This document shows, one piece after another, positions 36,132-49,345 of a stretch of 64,000 nucleotides of DNA. The first letter of the stretch is position 1; each line of letters opens with the position of its first letter. The stretch comes from Mobula hypostoma (Eukaryota). The DNA lies in the NCBI RefSeq assembly GCF_963921235.1, contig NC_086097.1:13268001-13332000 (forward strand). Direction: 5' to 3'. Made by a program: the position numbers and the translations under genes. The notes under the pieces are model-generated. The model ran no database searches. It was not told where the DNA came from and saw nothing but the letters and a program-made list of their open reading frames with translations.

Positions 36132-37399
36132 AACAGAAGTGTGCTTACCTACAAAACCTCTCCACAAATACCCCTCTAAACAGTTCCCACCACTGACTTT
36201 GAGAAGAATCTTTGTTGCTTGGTCCCCACCTTTAATAATTTTGAAGATCAGCATTGACCCGAAGCTCATCTGAACAGGTTAACTAATCAACTTAACAGTG
36301 AGATGCAGTGCAGCTAATCAGGACTCACAGAGTCAATCCGGTACATTGTTATTTAGCCCTGTCCGGTCTTCAAAGCCTCTTCTCTCCATGGTATGTACAA
36401 TAGAATTTCTGACACTGGTGATATCCAAATGCTTCGGTGATGTGTGCGGCCAAATTAGCTCACTTCATGTATTTTCTCTTCCTCCCATTGCTCCCTTTCC
36501 GTTGATTTTCCTTAGTGACCAATCTTTCTGACTTTTACACCTAATTCCTAGCCTGAATGTGCGAGGACCGGCCCTCAAGCCCCGGTGTCTCTGGGGACAG
36601 GGAAAGCATTGGATCCGGTGTGCTCCACTGAGGGGCGGGGGGTGAGTGCAGTGCGGCCCAGCGTCCAGAATGGGATCAGTGCTGCCCCTCCCTCCAGTGT
36701 GCAATGGTGCGGGTTTTGGACTCGTTTACTGTGTGACTGTGATACCATTTGTGCTTGCTATCTTGTGTGTACTTTGTGTTGTGTGTGACTGCTGGTACTG
36801 TGTTTTGTACCTTGACCTCAGAGTAACACAGTTCGTGTGGCTGTATTCATGAGTATTCATGTTCGGCTGAATGACAGGTAAACTTGAAATGAATTGAATA
36901 TACAGGTAATCCACCAGACCAACTATCGTGCGAGAGGTGGAGTTGAAACAAGGTTTCCAGTATAATGTTCAGCAGGATCTTGGTGATTGTGTAATGTAGT
37001 TCTTGATTACCATAGCGAGTCATTTATCATTGCCTTGATCCTTTGTCAGGTACAGCAGTTTGCAACCAAACAAGTCACTATGATATACAGTAAGTCTTAG
37101 TGAAGCCATGTCCTTCAGCTATTTATTGTCCTCTCAAACCCTCTGTGCTTTGATGCATGGCTTACTCGTGCTGCTGCTCTACAGTGAGTCAGTTGTCAAC
37201 ACTCGCACTGTACTCATAAGGTTGCAGAGGCAACTCCCAAATCAAAGACTTCAACAGGAAAATCAATTCTGCACTGTGGTACTATAGGAGAATCTTCAAC
37301 AAAGGAGGTGGCATCCTGCAGATGAACCAATCTGATGAACCACTCTTGAGGGGGATGTACAAACTTCTTGGCCAATGTTTCAAAGAAGAGCAAATATGT

Positions 37400-37835
37400 A
37401 AAACAGGCAGAATGCTGGAGGAACACAGCAGGTCAGGCAGCATCAACAGAATTGAATGAACAGTCAGTGTTTCCGGCTGAGACACTTCTTCAGGACAGGA
37501 AAGGAAGGGGGAAGATGCCAGAATAAAAAGGTGTGGGGGAGAGATGATGATAAGTGATGCCAGGTTGGTGGGAAAGATAAAGGGCTGGAGAGGAAGGAAT
37601 CCGATAGGAGAGGAGAGTGGAGATTAGAAGGGAAGGAGGGGAGCCAGGACGAGGTAATAGGCAGGTTTGGAAGATGTTAGAGATCAGAGTGGGGAATAGA
37701 AGAAGAAGGGACAAGGAGAGAATTTTTTTTTTGCCGGAAGGAGAAATTGATATTCATGCCATCCGGATGGAGGCTACCCAGACGGAATATAAGGTGTTGC
37801 TCCTCCACCCTGAGGGTGGTCTCATCTAGAGCACA
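37400..37835 (-). mobile_element. Penelope 3' fragment
   Basis: DETTLRVEEQHLIFRLGSLHPDGMNINFS (PLE GIY-YIG C-terminus) plus pseudo-LTR with decayed hammerhead. Confidence 0.85.
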
Positions 37836-37997
37836 TAGGCTATCTCCAATGCCCTGGCCAATGCCAGTAAAAGCACCACATGTTATTGCATTGTCGTTTT
37901 TTGGAAGTTGCCTCCTGTACTTATTAAAGTGGCCACAGAGTCTATGTTGGAGGTTTCCTGCTTCAAGGTTCAAGGTCCAAGGTTCCACTTCAAGGTT

Positions 37998-38881
37998 CAA
38001 CATTTCGTGTGTTCAGAGATGCTCTTCTGCACATCACTGTTGTGACACATGGTTATTTGACATATTGTTACCTTTCTGTCAGCTTGAACCAGTCTGGGTA
38101 TTCTCCTCTGACCTCTCTCATTAACAAGGCATTTTTACCCACAGAACTGCCACTCACTGGATATCTTTTCGTTGTTTTTTACACCATCTTCTATAAACTT
38201 TACAGACTGTGGTGCATGAAAACCCCTGGAGGTCAGCAGTTTCTGAGGTCTCAAACCTCCCCATCTGGCACCAACAATCATTCTACAGTCCAAGTCACTT
38301 TGGTTACAATTCTTTCCCATTCTAATGTTTGGACGGAGCAACAACTGAGATTCTTGACCATATCTGCATGCTTTTATGCATTGACTTGTTGTCACATGAT
38401 TGGCTAATTCATCATCATGATTATGCGCTGTGTCTCATGACATGGGTGATCAAGGTCTTTCGCTGACCATGATTGTTCTTAGCAAATTGTTCTACAGAAG
38501 TGGTTTGCCACTGCCTTCTTTCAGGCAGTGTCTTTAGAAGATGGATGACCCCAACCATTATCAATACTCTTCAGAGATTATCTGCCTAGTGTCAGTGGTC
38601 ACATCACCAGGACTTGCAATATACACCAGCAGTTATACAACCATCCACCACCTGCGCCCATGGCTTCATATGACCCTGATCAGCTGGGCTCAGCAGGTGT
38701 TACACCTTGGGTCAAGGGTGACCTGCAGGCTAGCAGATGGAAGGAGTGCCTTACACCTCCTTTGGTAGAGATGAATCTCCACCCCACCACCCAAGCCGGG
38801 GGGGGGGGGGAGGTCGCAATTGGCTGATTAGATATGTGAACTAATGAGCAGGTGTACCTAATAAAATGGCCACTGAGTGTA
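37998..38881. mobile_element. Tc1-type non-autonomous element (one end), interrupted by RTE family A copy
   Basis: Ends in a Tc1-like terminus ggtgtacctaataaaatggccactgagtg-TA; host sequence duplicated as attggct(a/g)att around the insertion. Confidence 0.65.
38410..38792 (-). mobile_element. Short RTE-type non-autonomous element, family A
   Basis: (CAT)n tail at the left end; about 11-bp TSD 38399-38409 / 38819-38829; homologous to the other family A copies. Confidence 0.7.
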
Positions 38882-39544
38882 CATTACAACACTGACATAA
38901 CTTCAAAAATCATATCAATGAATGTATAGTACTTTGGGGTCTTTACTATTTTGTGAAAGGTGCTGTATAAATAATACTGTATCTTTCTTTCTATTTACCC
39001 AAAGGTTCTGCCTTCCACTCTGTTCCCTTAATATCAATAGCACCATCCACTCATTGTTCCAGCCTATCCATTCAATCTATTGAAGGTTTCGTTCTGTATT
39101 CAGCAGCTTTCTTTAGATCTCTTACAATTATTGCCCAGAGCCTTCAGTCATCTCAATGCAACAGTTGTTCATTCTATCTCAGTGTTCCTCGTGACCTTGA
39201 ATGGAAGTTAAATCTGCTTTCTTTCAACGATTCAAATAGTCATTTCCCCCTATCTTTCCAATGTAGGTACCCTTGGACACAAGTTAATAAACGTCCATTT
39301 ATTCCATACATATAGAAATACAAGGGACTGCAGAGTCCAACCAGACTGATACGCAACATAAAGTGAATGTTGTTGATTTTGCAAGGTATGCCAATCTGAA
39401 ATGAAGGCAGGTCAGATTCAGATTTCTTTCATTCTGAGCCTTTGAAATTTAGATCAGACTTGGACTAATTTTGATTATTTTATTTTTAATATTTAAATTT
39501 AGAGATACAGCACAGAATGGGTCCTTCCGGCTGTTGTGTATTCA

Positions 39545-40375
39545 ATATTACTCTTTCAACCTTGTTTACATCTTTCCTGCAGGTAGGTGACCAAAACTGC
39601 ACCCAATACTCCAAATTATACCTTACCAACATCTTATGTAACTTCAGCATAATATCCCATCCCCTGTACTCAATACATTGATTCATGAAGGCCAATGTGC
39701 CAAAAGCTTTCTTTAAATGCGGGCTCACTTTTAACGTTTAAGAAAGACTTGGACAGGTACATGGATGAGAGGTGTATGGAGGGGTGTGGTCCGGGTGCGG
39801 GTCGGTGGAACTGGGCAGAAGAATGGTTCGGTACAGCCAAGAAGGGCCAAAAGGCCTGTTTCTGTGCTGTAATGTTCTATGGTTCCATGGTACAACTCTA
39901 TCTACCTGTGATGCCACTTTCAATGAATTATGGACTTGTATTCCTAAATCCCTTTGTTCTACCACACTCCTCAGTGCCCTACCATTCACTTTGTAAGACA
40001 TACCCTGGTTGGTGCTAATGAAGTGCAAAACTTCACACTTGTCTGCTTGAAAATTCCATCTGCCATTTCCAGACCAGTTTTTCAGCTCATCTAGACATCT
40101 TATAAAAGTCCCGAATGTTTCTGCCTCTCCCACCACCTCAGATAGTACATTCCAGGAATCCACTGCTCTGTTGAGTATAAAAACTTGCCCCTCACATCTC
40201 TTTTAAAATTCCCCTCTCTCGTCTTAAATGCATGCCCTCCAGTATTAGATATTTCAACCCTCGGGAAAAGATGCTACCTATCTATTCTATCCCTGACTCT
40301 CATATTCTTATAAAACTCTATCAGATCTCACTCCAGCCTCTGCGACTCCAGATAAAACAACTCACGTTTGTCCAA
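39545..40375 (-). mobile_element. CR1 fragments; a plus-strand CR1 3' end (about 39715-39888) is inserted into the minus-strand copy
   Basis: The minus-strand ORF breaks exactly between KVASQVDRVV and KKAFGTLAF. Confidence 0.85.
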
Positions 40376-40905
40376 ATTCTCGGATTTGATTTAACATCTC
40401 AACCAAGAATAGGAAAGAAAGTCTGCTCTCTTTCCCTGGACTGACTATACTTGACTCCAGACCAACCAGCATTGTTATCCTCTGGAATGGCAACAAATCT
40501 CAAAGTCCTAGTCAAGTTTATTGTCACATACACAAGTCCATGTATGCACAGGTGTAACAATAAACTTACTTGCAGCAGCGTTGCAGGCACATAGCATCAG
40601 ATACAAAACATACCTCCTCGATCTCTTCAGCCATCACTTTCAAAACTCTGGGGTGTACAACGTCAAGTCCAGGTGACTTATCTACCTTCAGACTTCCAGT
40701 CTCCCAAGAGCCTTTTCTCTGGTTATGTTAACTTCACACACTTCATACCCCAGACATCTGGAACTGCCACCATACTGCTAATGTCTTCCACAGTGAAGTG
40801 CTTCTGGATATTCTGAAAGTTGCTAAGTAAATGCAAGTTGTATTCAGTAGCTCCAAAAAAAGCCAAGAACTTTTATATTTCATTATGATTTTTATATGAT
40901 TCTCA

Positions 40906-41465
40906 CATAGCACTCACTTCACCTAGCTGCTTAATATAGTGGGTGATAACCGTCTGCCCGGCCAAACTTAAGAAATCTCATTTGGGTGGATGCTGCGCGA
41001 TGTATCCCCTGTTACAAAACAGTACCCGGAAATAACAAACAGTACACAATATGCGATTAAATAATTAAGCCTTATACTCTTACTTTGACTATGTGGTTAG
41101 TAGAGAAACGAAATATAAAAGAAAAAGGGCCCAAATCTTATTGAATAGTCTGTGCACAAAGTTGGAGCTCACGGTTTCCCCTTCGCCGATCCACTTTCGA
41201 TTGTCGCTGCCCTTTGGACCCTTGCTCCGAGTCCACCCCGTCCGGCGGTCTACCAAATCTCTCCATTTGTGTCTTCTCTCTTTGTCTCTCTCTCTCCCTC
41301 TCGCAAAAGCCCGTGAAATCAACTACTTGCAGAATCACAAGACAGGGCAACAAAATCCTGATTGGCTAACATGCATCCATGGTCCTGTTATCTCCAGCCA
41401 TAACCCAAACATTGCTGCTACAGAGAAACGATTACATTAGCAGTGAAACCTGACAGCGCGTTACA
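40906..41465 (-). mobile_element. Possible solo LTR
   Basis: Ends in ...GTTACA, relatively CpG-rich, CCAAT box on the minus strand (about 41361), CT-repeat. Left terminus and TSD are not clean. Confidence 0.4.
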
Positions 41466-42284
41466 TTCATAATTCACAAACTTCTCTTGCAATCCTCTAA
41501 ATGTTTCTCTGCCCAGAGGGATAAGATGAAACCAGGACTTCAGTTGTTCACCTCCTACTCCACCGACGCCACAAGGTTAGCCTGCAGCAATAGTCCTCCT
41601 CATGGAAGTGATCCAGAACTCATTCTCAGTACCTTGTGATAGAGGCATGTTTAGTGGTATGGTAGGAAATCACAGGACATAGATAGTAATCCATCAAAGA
41701 GCAGAATTTGGGTTCTGATGTGATATTAATAAAAATGACAGGCATTCTTTGTGCAGTGTCTGGACATGTCTCTCTGAAGTGACCTAAATAGTTAGACAAA
41801 CAATAAATTTCTTTTGAAGTGCAGCAAATCCGATTATGTAGTCAAAGACAACTAACTGGATGCAATTCTGCATTTGCAAGGCTTAGCTCTTTCCATGCCC
41901 CTTTGCACACACACAAATGAGTTTATTCGCATACCCTATGTATTATTTTCCACACATGCACACACGTGCCAAAAAAAGACAAAACCAGCTTCACAAGTAC
42001 AGTAGACTCATACAAAGTAGGAGTAGGCCCTTTGACCGAACTCATCCATGCTCCCTAAATCTTTCCTGACCATTGTACCTGCATGCATGCTAATATTGAC
42101 AAGCATATATCATATCAACCTCACAAAAATTCATCATCACCACAACACAACAGGATCCTCAGTTCTGTGTAACTAGAATAGAAAATGCTGGAAAAATACA
42201 ACAGACCAGGCAGCATCTGAGGAAAGGAAAACCAGTGATATTTCAGTTTTATTCAGACTTCCAATATCCGGATTTTTAAAAAAC

Positions 42285-42590
42285 ATATACTTATTGAGAT
42301 ACACCGTGGAGTAGGCCCTTCCAGCCCCTTGAGCCACGCTGCCCAGCAATTCCCCCATTTAACCCTAGCCTAATCACGGGACAATTTACAATGACGAATT
42401 AGCCTGACATTCGGTACGTCTTTGGACTGTGGGAGGAAACTGGAGTACTGGGAAGAAACCCACATGGTCACGGGAAGAATGGGGAAGAAACCCACACGGT
42501 CACGGGAAGAACGTACAAATTCCTTACAGGTAGCGGCGGGAATTGTACCTAGGTCACTTGAACTGTAAAGCATTGCGCTAACCACAATAC
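42285..42590 (-). mobile_element. V-SINE with internal 32-bp tandem duplication
   Basis: gggaagaaacccaca(t/c)ggtcacgggaagaa occurs twice in tandem (about 42450-42512). Confidence 0.8.
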
Positions 42591-43009
42591 TATCATGACA
42601 TCCACTGTTTAATCCCCACTATAGAGTATTTGGCTTTGAAACTATAGAAGAAGACGTTGTCCTTAAAGAAATTACAACAAGCTAGCAAAAAAAGTCCCAC
42701 ATTCAATCTTTGGTCTGCCCGCAGCTGATTTTACCCAAGAAGGTTTGCTGAATTAATATTGCAGTTTATTGGGCAGCAAAATGGTGCAGCCAGTAGTTCT
42801 GATGTCTCAAACCACAAGACAACCAGGTTCAATCCTAACCTCAAATGTGGAATTTTATGGTGTCCATGATTTTCCACTTGGTATTCCAGTTACCTCCCAC
42901 ATTCCAGCATTGGCCACAGAGATAGAATCTGCAACAGGTTCACGAGAAAGTGGAGAGAGTTAAAATTGGGTGTAATGTTGGATTGGTGCTTGAAGAGAGT
43001 TGGTATGTT

Positions 43010-43560
43010 TCTTCTTGCTGCTGATATCAGCAAGAAGGTACTGGAGCCTCAGGAAGCACACCACCAGGTTCAGAAATAGCCATTACACCTCAAGCTCTTG
43101 AATCAGTGGGAATAACTTCGCTCATCTTCACTGCCCCATCACTGAACTGTTCCAACAACCTATGGACCCAAATTCTGCCGAAGGGTCTCAGCCCAAAATG
43201 TCGACTGTACTCTTTTCAATAGATGATGCCTGGCCTGCTGAGTTCCTTCAGCATGTTGTGTGTGTTGCTTGGATTTCCAGCACTTGCAGATTTTCTCTTG
43301 TTTGTGACTCAATTTCAAGGTTTGTTCTTACCGTGTTTTTGATATTCATTGCTTATTTATTATTATTATTACTATTTCTATTTTCTCTTTTTCTTTTTGT
43401 ATTTGCATGACTTGTTGTATTTTTCTTTTGCATATTGACTGTTTGTCTTTTCTGCTGGGTCATTGATTCTATTGCGTTTCTTGTATTTACTGTGCCCGCA
43501 AGAAAATGAATCTCAGGGCTGCATGTGGTGACATATATGTACTTTGCCAATAAATTTACT
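43010..43560 (+). mobile_element. Rex1 3' fragment with inserted Penelope 3' end (about 43175-43305)
   Basis: SARRYWSLRKHTTRFRNS remnant; the insert carries ctgccgaagggtctcagcccaaaatgtcgac and is flanked by gac(c/t)caa(a/t)ttc. Confidence 0.75.
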
Positions 43561-44459
43561 TAGAAGATTCTAGAAAATTTCAACCGGTGTATTGTGGACA
43601 GCATTCTGACGAGTTGTATCATCGTCTGGTATTGAGGTGCCAATGCATAGGTATAGTAAGAGGTTTCAGAGGGTGTTTAGACTCAGCCAGCTCCATCACA
43701 GGCACAAGCCTCCCCACCGGCAGGGACAATCTCAGAAAGCGATGCCTCCAGATGGTGGCATCCATCATGAAAGCACCTCACCATCCATGACATGCCCTCT
43801 TCTCATTTCTACCTGTGGAAGTTAATAAAAGTCCAGACACTGACAATACCAAATAAAACCTGAAGGGTCCCAGACTCGAAATGTCAGCTGTTTTCCTTTT
43901 CAAAGTACTTCCTGATCTATTGAATTTTTCCAGTAATTTCTGTTCTGAGGTGGGATCCTACTATGGTGTTGTGGATGTTGAATTATAGTGAAGGGATATA
44001 TGTTGCATACACCAACAAAGGGGAGATACAGGAGCCTGAACTCACAAACTCAGTTTTTTAGGAATAGCGCCTTCCCCTCCGCTATCATATTACTGATCGG
44101 CCCATGAACCCTTGAACACTACCTCATTTTATTGCTTTCTTTTTGAATTATTTATTTACTTTTTATTGTAACTTACAGTAGTTTACTTCACTGTGTAGCT
44201 GCTGCATAACTTCATGACATATATCAGTGACAATAAACCTCATTCTCATTCTGACTGCAGAGATGTGGTTGATGGTCAGTACATAAAGGGATGAAGGATC
44301 TATTTAGTGCTCCATCATTCTCAGACCCTAAAATCTAATAATGCTTTTGATGTCAGCAAAAGATGGAACAAACTGGGAACCATATCCCAGCTTGTGCGTC
44401 ACCTTTAGGAGGAGAAAGGAACTGAGAATAGGAAGGACAGATGCGCATACAAGTCATTG

Positions 44460-45032
44460 TGATGCTAAACATCAAACATGGAGGTTGCATCCCAGCTATC
44501 AATACAAGCCAGGGCAATACAATATGGAGAGCAAGCTGTTGCCCATGTAGCAGGCTTCCCCTCTCCATTCAGATGATGAACCCTAAGGAACATCAGAGAC
44601 CGATACAGTTTGGCACCAGCAGTGTCACAGGAGTTGGCAGTTAACGTCGAACTCAATGAAGGACTGCCTTGGGAAATTCAGCTCCAGATATTTCCTTGGG
44701 GTTTACTCCCGAAGCCTTCCCCGTGAGTGGAAATAGCCGCAAAGTAACAGAGGTTTGAAGTCAGAGTTTTCCTTCTCCAGGATGAGCTGCCACCCACGAG
44801 CCCCATCTGCCTGAAGCGACTGGTGTTAAGGTGCCAGTAACCCGCCTTGTCTTTGCCCCTTGTCTTATCAGTAGAAATGGTTCTGTCAGGTTTATTAACT
44901 AAACCACATGTGAAGGCCAGGAACTGGACTTGGTTGTCAGAAGCTATTTGAGAAGCACGCCTTTGGGAGCATTTAACAGGTAGAGGGAGCTTATCCCTAC
45001 TACCACCTCGGCTAAAACAATATTAAGGAACC
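44460..45032 (-). mobile_element. Short RTE-type non-autonomous element, family B
   Basis: Colinear similarity with 58150-58742; both share the terminus ...ttaaggaacc. Confidence 0.65.
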
Positions 45033-46754
45033 AATACTTCATTTACTTCCCAGAAATCTATTATTTCACATAAATTAATTTTCATACTAATAGCCTACCA
45101 TTTCAAGTAATGATTTAGCAATGTAAAATCTTCATAGCAAGAATAAATTCACACTAAACGGTCCTTGCGTGACTAACGTGAAAATTATTTTACTGTAAAA
45201 AATGTCTTGCTTGACAGTGCTTCAAAACCATGATACATTGCAGAATAAAGAAGAGTATTTTACGTTCTTTTTCTTCGCATGGCCTTTTTTACAAGCATAA
45301 TAATGAATCATTAAAATTTTACCAGTGTTATGGTTTATATAACTCATTTCGAGAAAGTGTGACAAGATCCATTTTCTTTATCGAGGCCTATGTCCTCATT
45401 GAGAATATAACACAGCAAAGCTGTGATGATGATTAAATGGTCAGGGACAATAGCATTTTGCTCAAATATTAGATCAAAAACAGAGTATGTTCTCTGTAAT
45501 TTATTATGCTTTTTGAAAGAGTTGATCTCACAAAGGCTGGCCTCCACTTCTCATAGCAATTGGCCTTAAAATAGGACGAGAGTTTTCTCTGACTGTTGCT
45601 CCCAGCACAGTCTAGTGCTGCATTCAAAACCAATATTGCGGTGATGGCTACTGAGGTAAGCTTATACAAAAGAGGAGCTGCCTGGAGGGGTGACCAAATG
45701 AAAATGCGGTTGTGCTGCTGGCTTACAGCACCACAGACCCAGGCTCAAGCCTGACCTCGCGATTGTGTGCACAGAGTTTGCACATTTTCCCTGCGACTGC
45801 ATTCACCCTGGCCTTTTGGCTGCTCCAGATTCCACGTACGTCCCAAAGATGTGCTGGTTAGTAAGATATTTGGCCACTCTAAATTGTCTGTGGCACGGCT
45901 GACTGCTGAAGAGTTGGCGGGAGGGGGTGGGGAGACACACAAAATTTAGAGGTTTATGAGAGAAAGTAGTTTGTAGGAAAGTGGGTGGATGAGAGACGGC
46001 ATTGATGGATTTCCTTTGAGAACGGAAATGGACCGGATGAGATTAATATGGGCCAATCGAACCTGCTCCATCATTTAGTAAGATGAATCTATGTCTCATT
46101 CACTGTCTATATCTCCTGACCTCCTTGACGATATGGGATAGAAGAGTTGTACAAAGACCACTCAGGCAATTGTGTCTGTGCTATTTATTTGTAAGAATTA
46201 TCTAACTAGTCTTGCTCCTCAGCTCTTTTCCATTTCAATGTTAAAGTTTTCCTTGAATTCCATTTGGCTCTTTTTGACAGCATATTCCAGCTGACAACAA
46301 TTAGCTGTGTGACACTATTGGGTCAGATTGTGCTGGACTGCCCCCAGCTAACTGGAATTACCTTTTGTGTGCGTAAGTGGCCTGGATTCAGAGAACGTAT
46401 ATCACTGGCCGTCTGGACTTTACAGCCCAGAGAGGAGTTATGAAGAGCAGCCAGGCCCTCAAAGATTACAGTTGTTGCAGATAAGACTTCAGATGACAGT
46501 TTGATTGATAGAGAGCAGGAAGATATTGATCAGCTAGTAAAAGGTTCAATATTCAATATTGTTTATTGTTATTCGTCAGTACACAAGTATAAAAGAGAAC
46601 AAAATGATTACTACTCCAGATCCGATGTAACCTAAAAAATACACAATAAACGTAAGGAACACAATAAATATAAATACATAAGATTAGCATATATACATAG
46701 ACAGATTGTACGTACATAAAGTGACTCTAGGTGTCGGAATATCTACAATTTAAA

Positions 46755-47050
46755 CATTTTTATTTATCTGTTATTTATTTAGAGATACAATGCAGAGCAG
46801 GTCCTTCCAGCCCAATGAGCTGCACTGCCCAGCAATCCACCTGTTTAACCCTAGTTTAATCAACTAACAATGACTAGTTAACCTACTAACCAGTAGACAT
46901 AACCAGTATATATTTCTACTGTTGGAGAATAGTGGAGCACCTGGAGGAAACACACACAGTTCACAGGGATAACATATAAACTCCTTACAGACGGCGCCGA
47001 AATTAAACTCCAGTCTCTGGAATGCCTGGGGCTGTAACAGCATCAAGCTA
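46755..47050 (-). mobile_element. V-SINE
   Basis: (TTTA)n tail and reverse V-domain. Confidence 0.7.
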
Positions 47051-47059
47051 ATGTGTTGG

Positions 47060-47578
47060 CATTAGAGTGGGTCCACAGGAGTTCACGACAATGATTCTGG
47101 ACATGAAAGGGTTATCTTATGCGAAGCATTTGATGTTTCTGGGTGAGTAGTCACTGAAATTTAGAAGAATGATCATTTAGAAGAATGAAGAGAGATGTCA
47201 TTGAAGCCTGTCAAATATTGAAAGGCCTAGATAGGATAAGAAGGATGTGAACAGGATGTTTCCTATGGTGGGGGAGTCTAGGAGCAGAGGGCACAGCCTC
47301 GGAAAACAGGCAGGTCCATTTTGAACAGAGATGAGGGTGAGTTTCTTTAGTCAGAGGGTGGTGAATCTTTGGAATTCATTGCCACAGATGGCTGTGGAGA
47401 CTAAGTCATTGGGTATATTTAAAGCAGATGTCAATAGCTTCTTGATTAGCCAAGATGTCAAAGGTTACGGGGAGATAGCAGGTGAATGTGGCTAAATCAG
47501 CTATGATGGAATATGGAATAGTGGAGCAGACTCAATGGGCCGAGTGGCCTAATTCTGCTCCTATGTCTTATGGTCTTA
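47060..47578 (+). mobile_element. CR1 3' fragment
   Basis: RVGPQEFTTMILDMKGLSY...FFSQRVVNLWNSLPQ remnant plus tail. Confidence 0.82.
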
Positions 47579-48149
47579 AACTAAGACTTAAGGCATCAGA
47601 GGAATGGAGATCCAACACTGTAATGTGGTAATCAGCAGGAGAATTCAGGGACAGAGTTCAGGTGGATTCAGTCAGTTAACAAGCCCTAGATTTCCACCTT
47701 TGTAAGTGCATGGGGCAAAGTCCCAAAATCACAGCTGTTCAATGGCTGAGAGGAGGAACACCCTATTGGATTAATCGATAAATTTCAGCCAGGTCCATCC
47801 CGACATTTCCTACAGCTTGTCAGTAGTTCTTTTTGCCAAACATCTTAAAATTGTCTGCTTCAACTGCAACAAAGGTTTCTCTTTTTCATGATTTTGGACA
47901 CCCACCACCATCAAACTGCTTCTTCACTTCCTCTGATCTAAAGAGAGCATGACACTTTTTCAACTCTCACAACACAGTGCCATCAGTTAATCACTTGGGA
48001 CTTTATCCTCAAAGATCATTTGGGGATCCTTTTATTTTTATTATTGATTGATTGATTGATTGATTGACAGATAGATACAGTACAGAACAGGCTTTTCCAG
48101 CCTTGCTGCCCAGCAAATCACTGATTTAAGCCTAGCCTGATCACAGGTC

Positions 48150-48556
48150 AGGTGGTGGGGTGGGAATACAGTATGTCTCGACCAAAGGAGGTGTAAGGCG
48201 CTCCTTCCTTCCACTAGCCTGCAGGTCACCCTTGGGCAAGGTGTAGCACCTGCTTAGCCCCCACGCCCCCGGCCCCCACCCGATCAGGGTCACGTGAAGC
48301 CATGGGAGCAGGTGATGAATGGCTGTGTGAGCAGCTGGTGCATATCACAAGTCCTGGTTATGCAACTATTGATGCCAGGTAGACAAACTCTGAAGAGTAC
48401 TGATAATAGCTGGGGTCACCCGTCTTGTAAAGGCACTGCCCAGGAGAAGGCAATGGCAAACAGCTCCTGTAGAAAACATTTCCAAGAACAATCATGGTCA
48501 TGGAAAGACCATGATCACCCACGTCATAATGACATGACACATAGCGAATGAACGAA
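48150..48556 (+). mobile_element. Short RTE-type non-autonomous element, family A, inserted into a V-SINE (48030-48625, minus)
   Basis: Flanked by ct(g/a)atcac(a/g)gg duplication (about 48138-48148 / 48557-48567); (GAAC/GAAT)n-like tail. Confidence 0.75.
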
Positions 48557-49113
48557 CTAATCACGGGACAATTTACAATGAGCAATTAACCTACTAATCG
48601 TGACGTCTTTGGACTGTGGGAGGACATCCTCTGTGCCCCAATCTTTCAATCTTTACCTGCTTCCACCTTAAAAGATTCTTCACCACTCTCTCGGACACCA
48701 AATTCCACAGATAAATCACTCTCTGAGAAAAGAAACATGCAATGCTTTTCACCTCAGGGTCAGTACCCTCCACTCCGCTGACCACCATTTCTCCTGCACT
48801 CGGGATAGTGATTTCTCCTGGAATGGTGGTCCATTGATGCCAGCAGCTCTTTGTTGGCAGGTCTCTGGCATCTGTGCAGCGATTCACTTGTTAAACATTT
48901 GTTATTCCACCTCTCCCAGTAGGAATTTACTGGAAATTAACCTGTAATGGGAAGATTCACCCAATATGTATTTTATTTTATAATCTCTTCTCCCTCCAAA
49001 GACTGGAATTTCGATAAGAGTAGAACTCTGGGCTGTTTTTGAGAACTGAGGAGATGTGTGCTCTGGTCCCTGTTTTCTCCATTCCACCCACCTCCATGGG
49101 TAAGTCACGTCTA

Positions 49114-49345
49114 TGAACTGTTTTCCATGACGCTCACTCCCCCTTCAGGATATAGAGATGTTGAATATACAAACGTGATTTTCTATTCAGTCAACATGGA
49201 TGAAGCAGCTGATATAACTGAGGCTAATGAAATCAAATCTTTGCCAACATTTGTCATTTTCAAGCATGGAAGTGAGGTAAAATAAAAAGATGGTGGGAGC
49301 ACAAGCAATTGCACTGGAGAATACCATGAAGGTACTCAAAGTGCT
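49114..49345 (+). pseudogene. Decayed, intronless thioredoxin-like fragment (C-terminal half of the Trx fold)
   Basis: 49157-49282 encodes DVEYTNVIFYSVNMDEAADITEANEIKSLPTFVIFKHGSEVK; after a stop and frameshift, 49290-49340 encodes MVGAQAIALENTMKVLK. Together these align by eye to thioredoxin KYSNVIFLEVDVD...[35 protein letters not shown]. No intact WCGPC upstream. Confidence 0.6.

Noticed and set aside
48750..48895. Exon-like GC-balanced unique segment
   Set aside because: No recognisable peptide in the minus-strand frames I read and no convincing pair of splice sites.
49119..49130. CxxU selenocysteine motif (TGT TTT CCA TGA) upstream of the thioredoxin remnant
   Set aside because: It is out of frame with the downstream Trx segment, no SECIS is recognisable and the locus has other disabling lesions; a chance or nonsense TGA is more likely.
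49002..49276. Two-exon spliced thioredoxin model (AG at 49000-49001, GTAAGT at 49100, AG at 49147 or 49154, GT at 49277)
   Set aside because: The first exon would contain an in-frame TGA, the intron would be only 49-56 nt, and Trx similarity continues directly past the supposed last donor.
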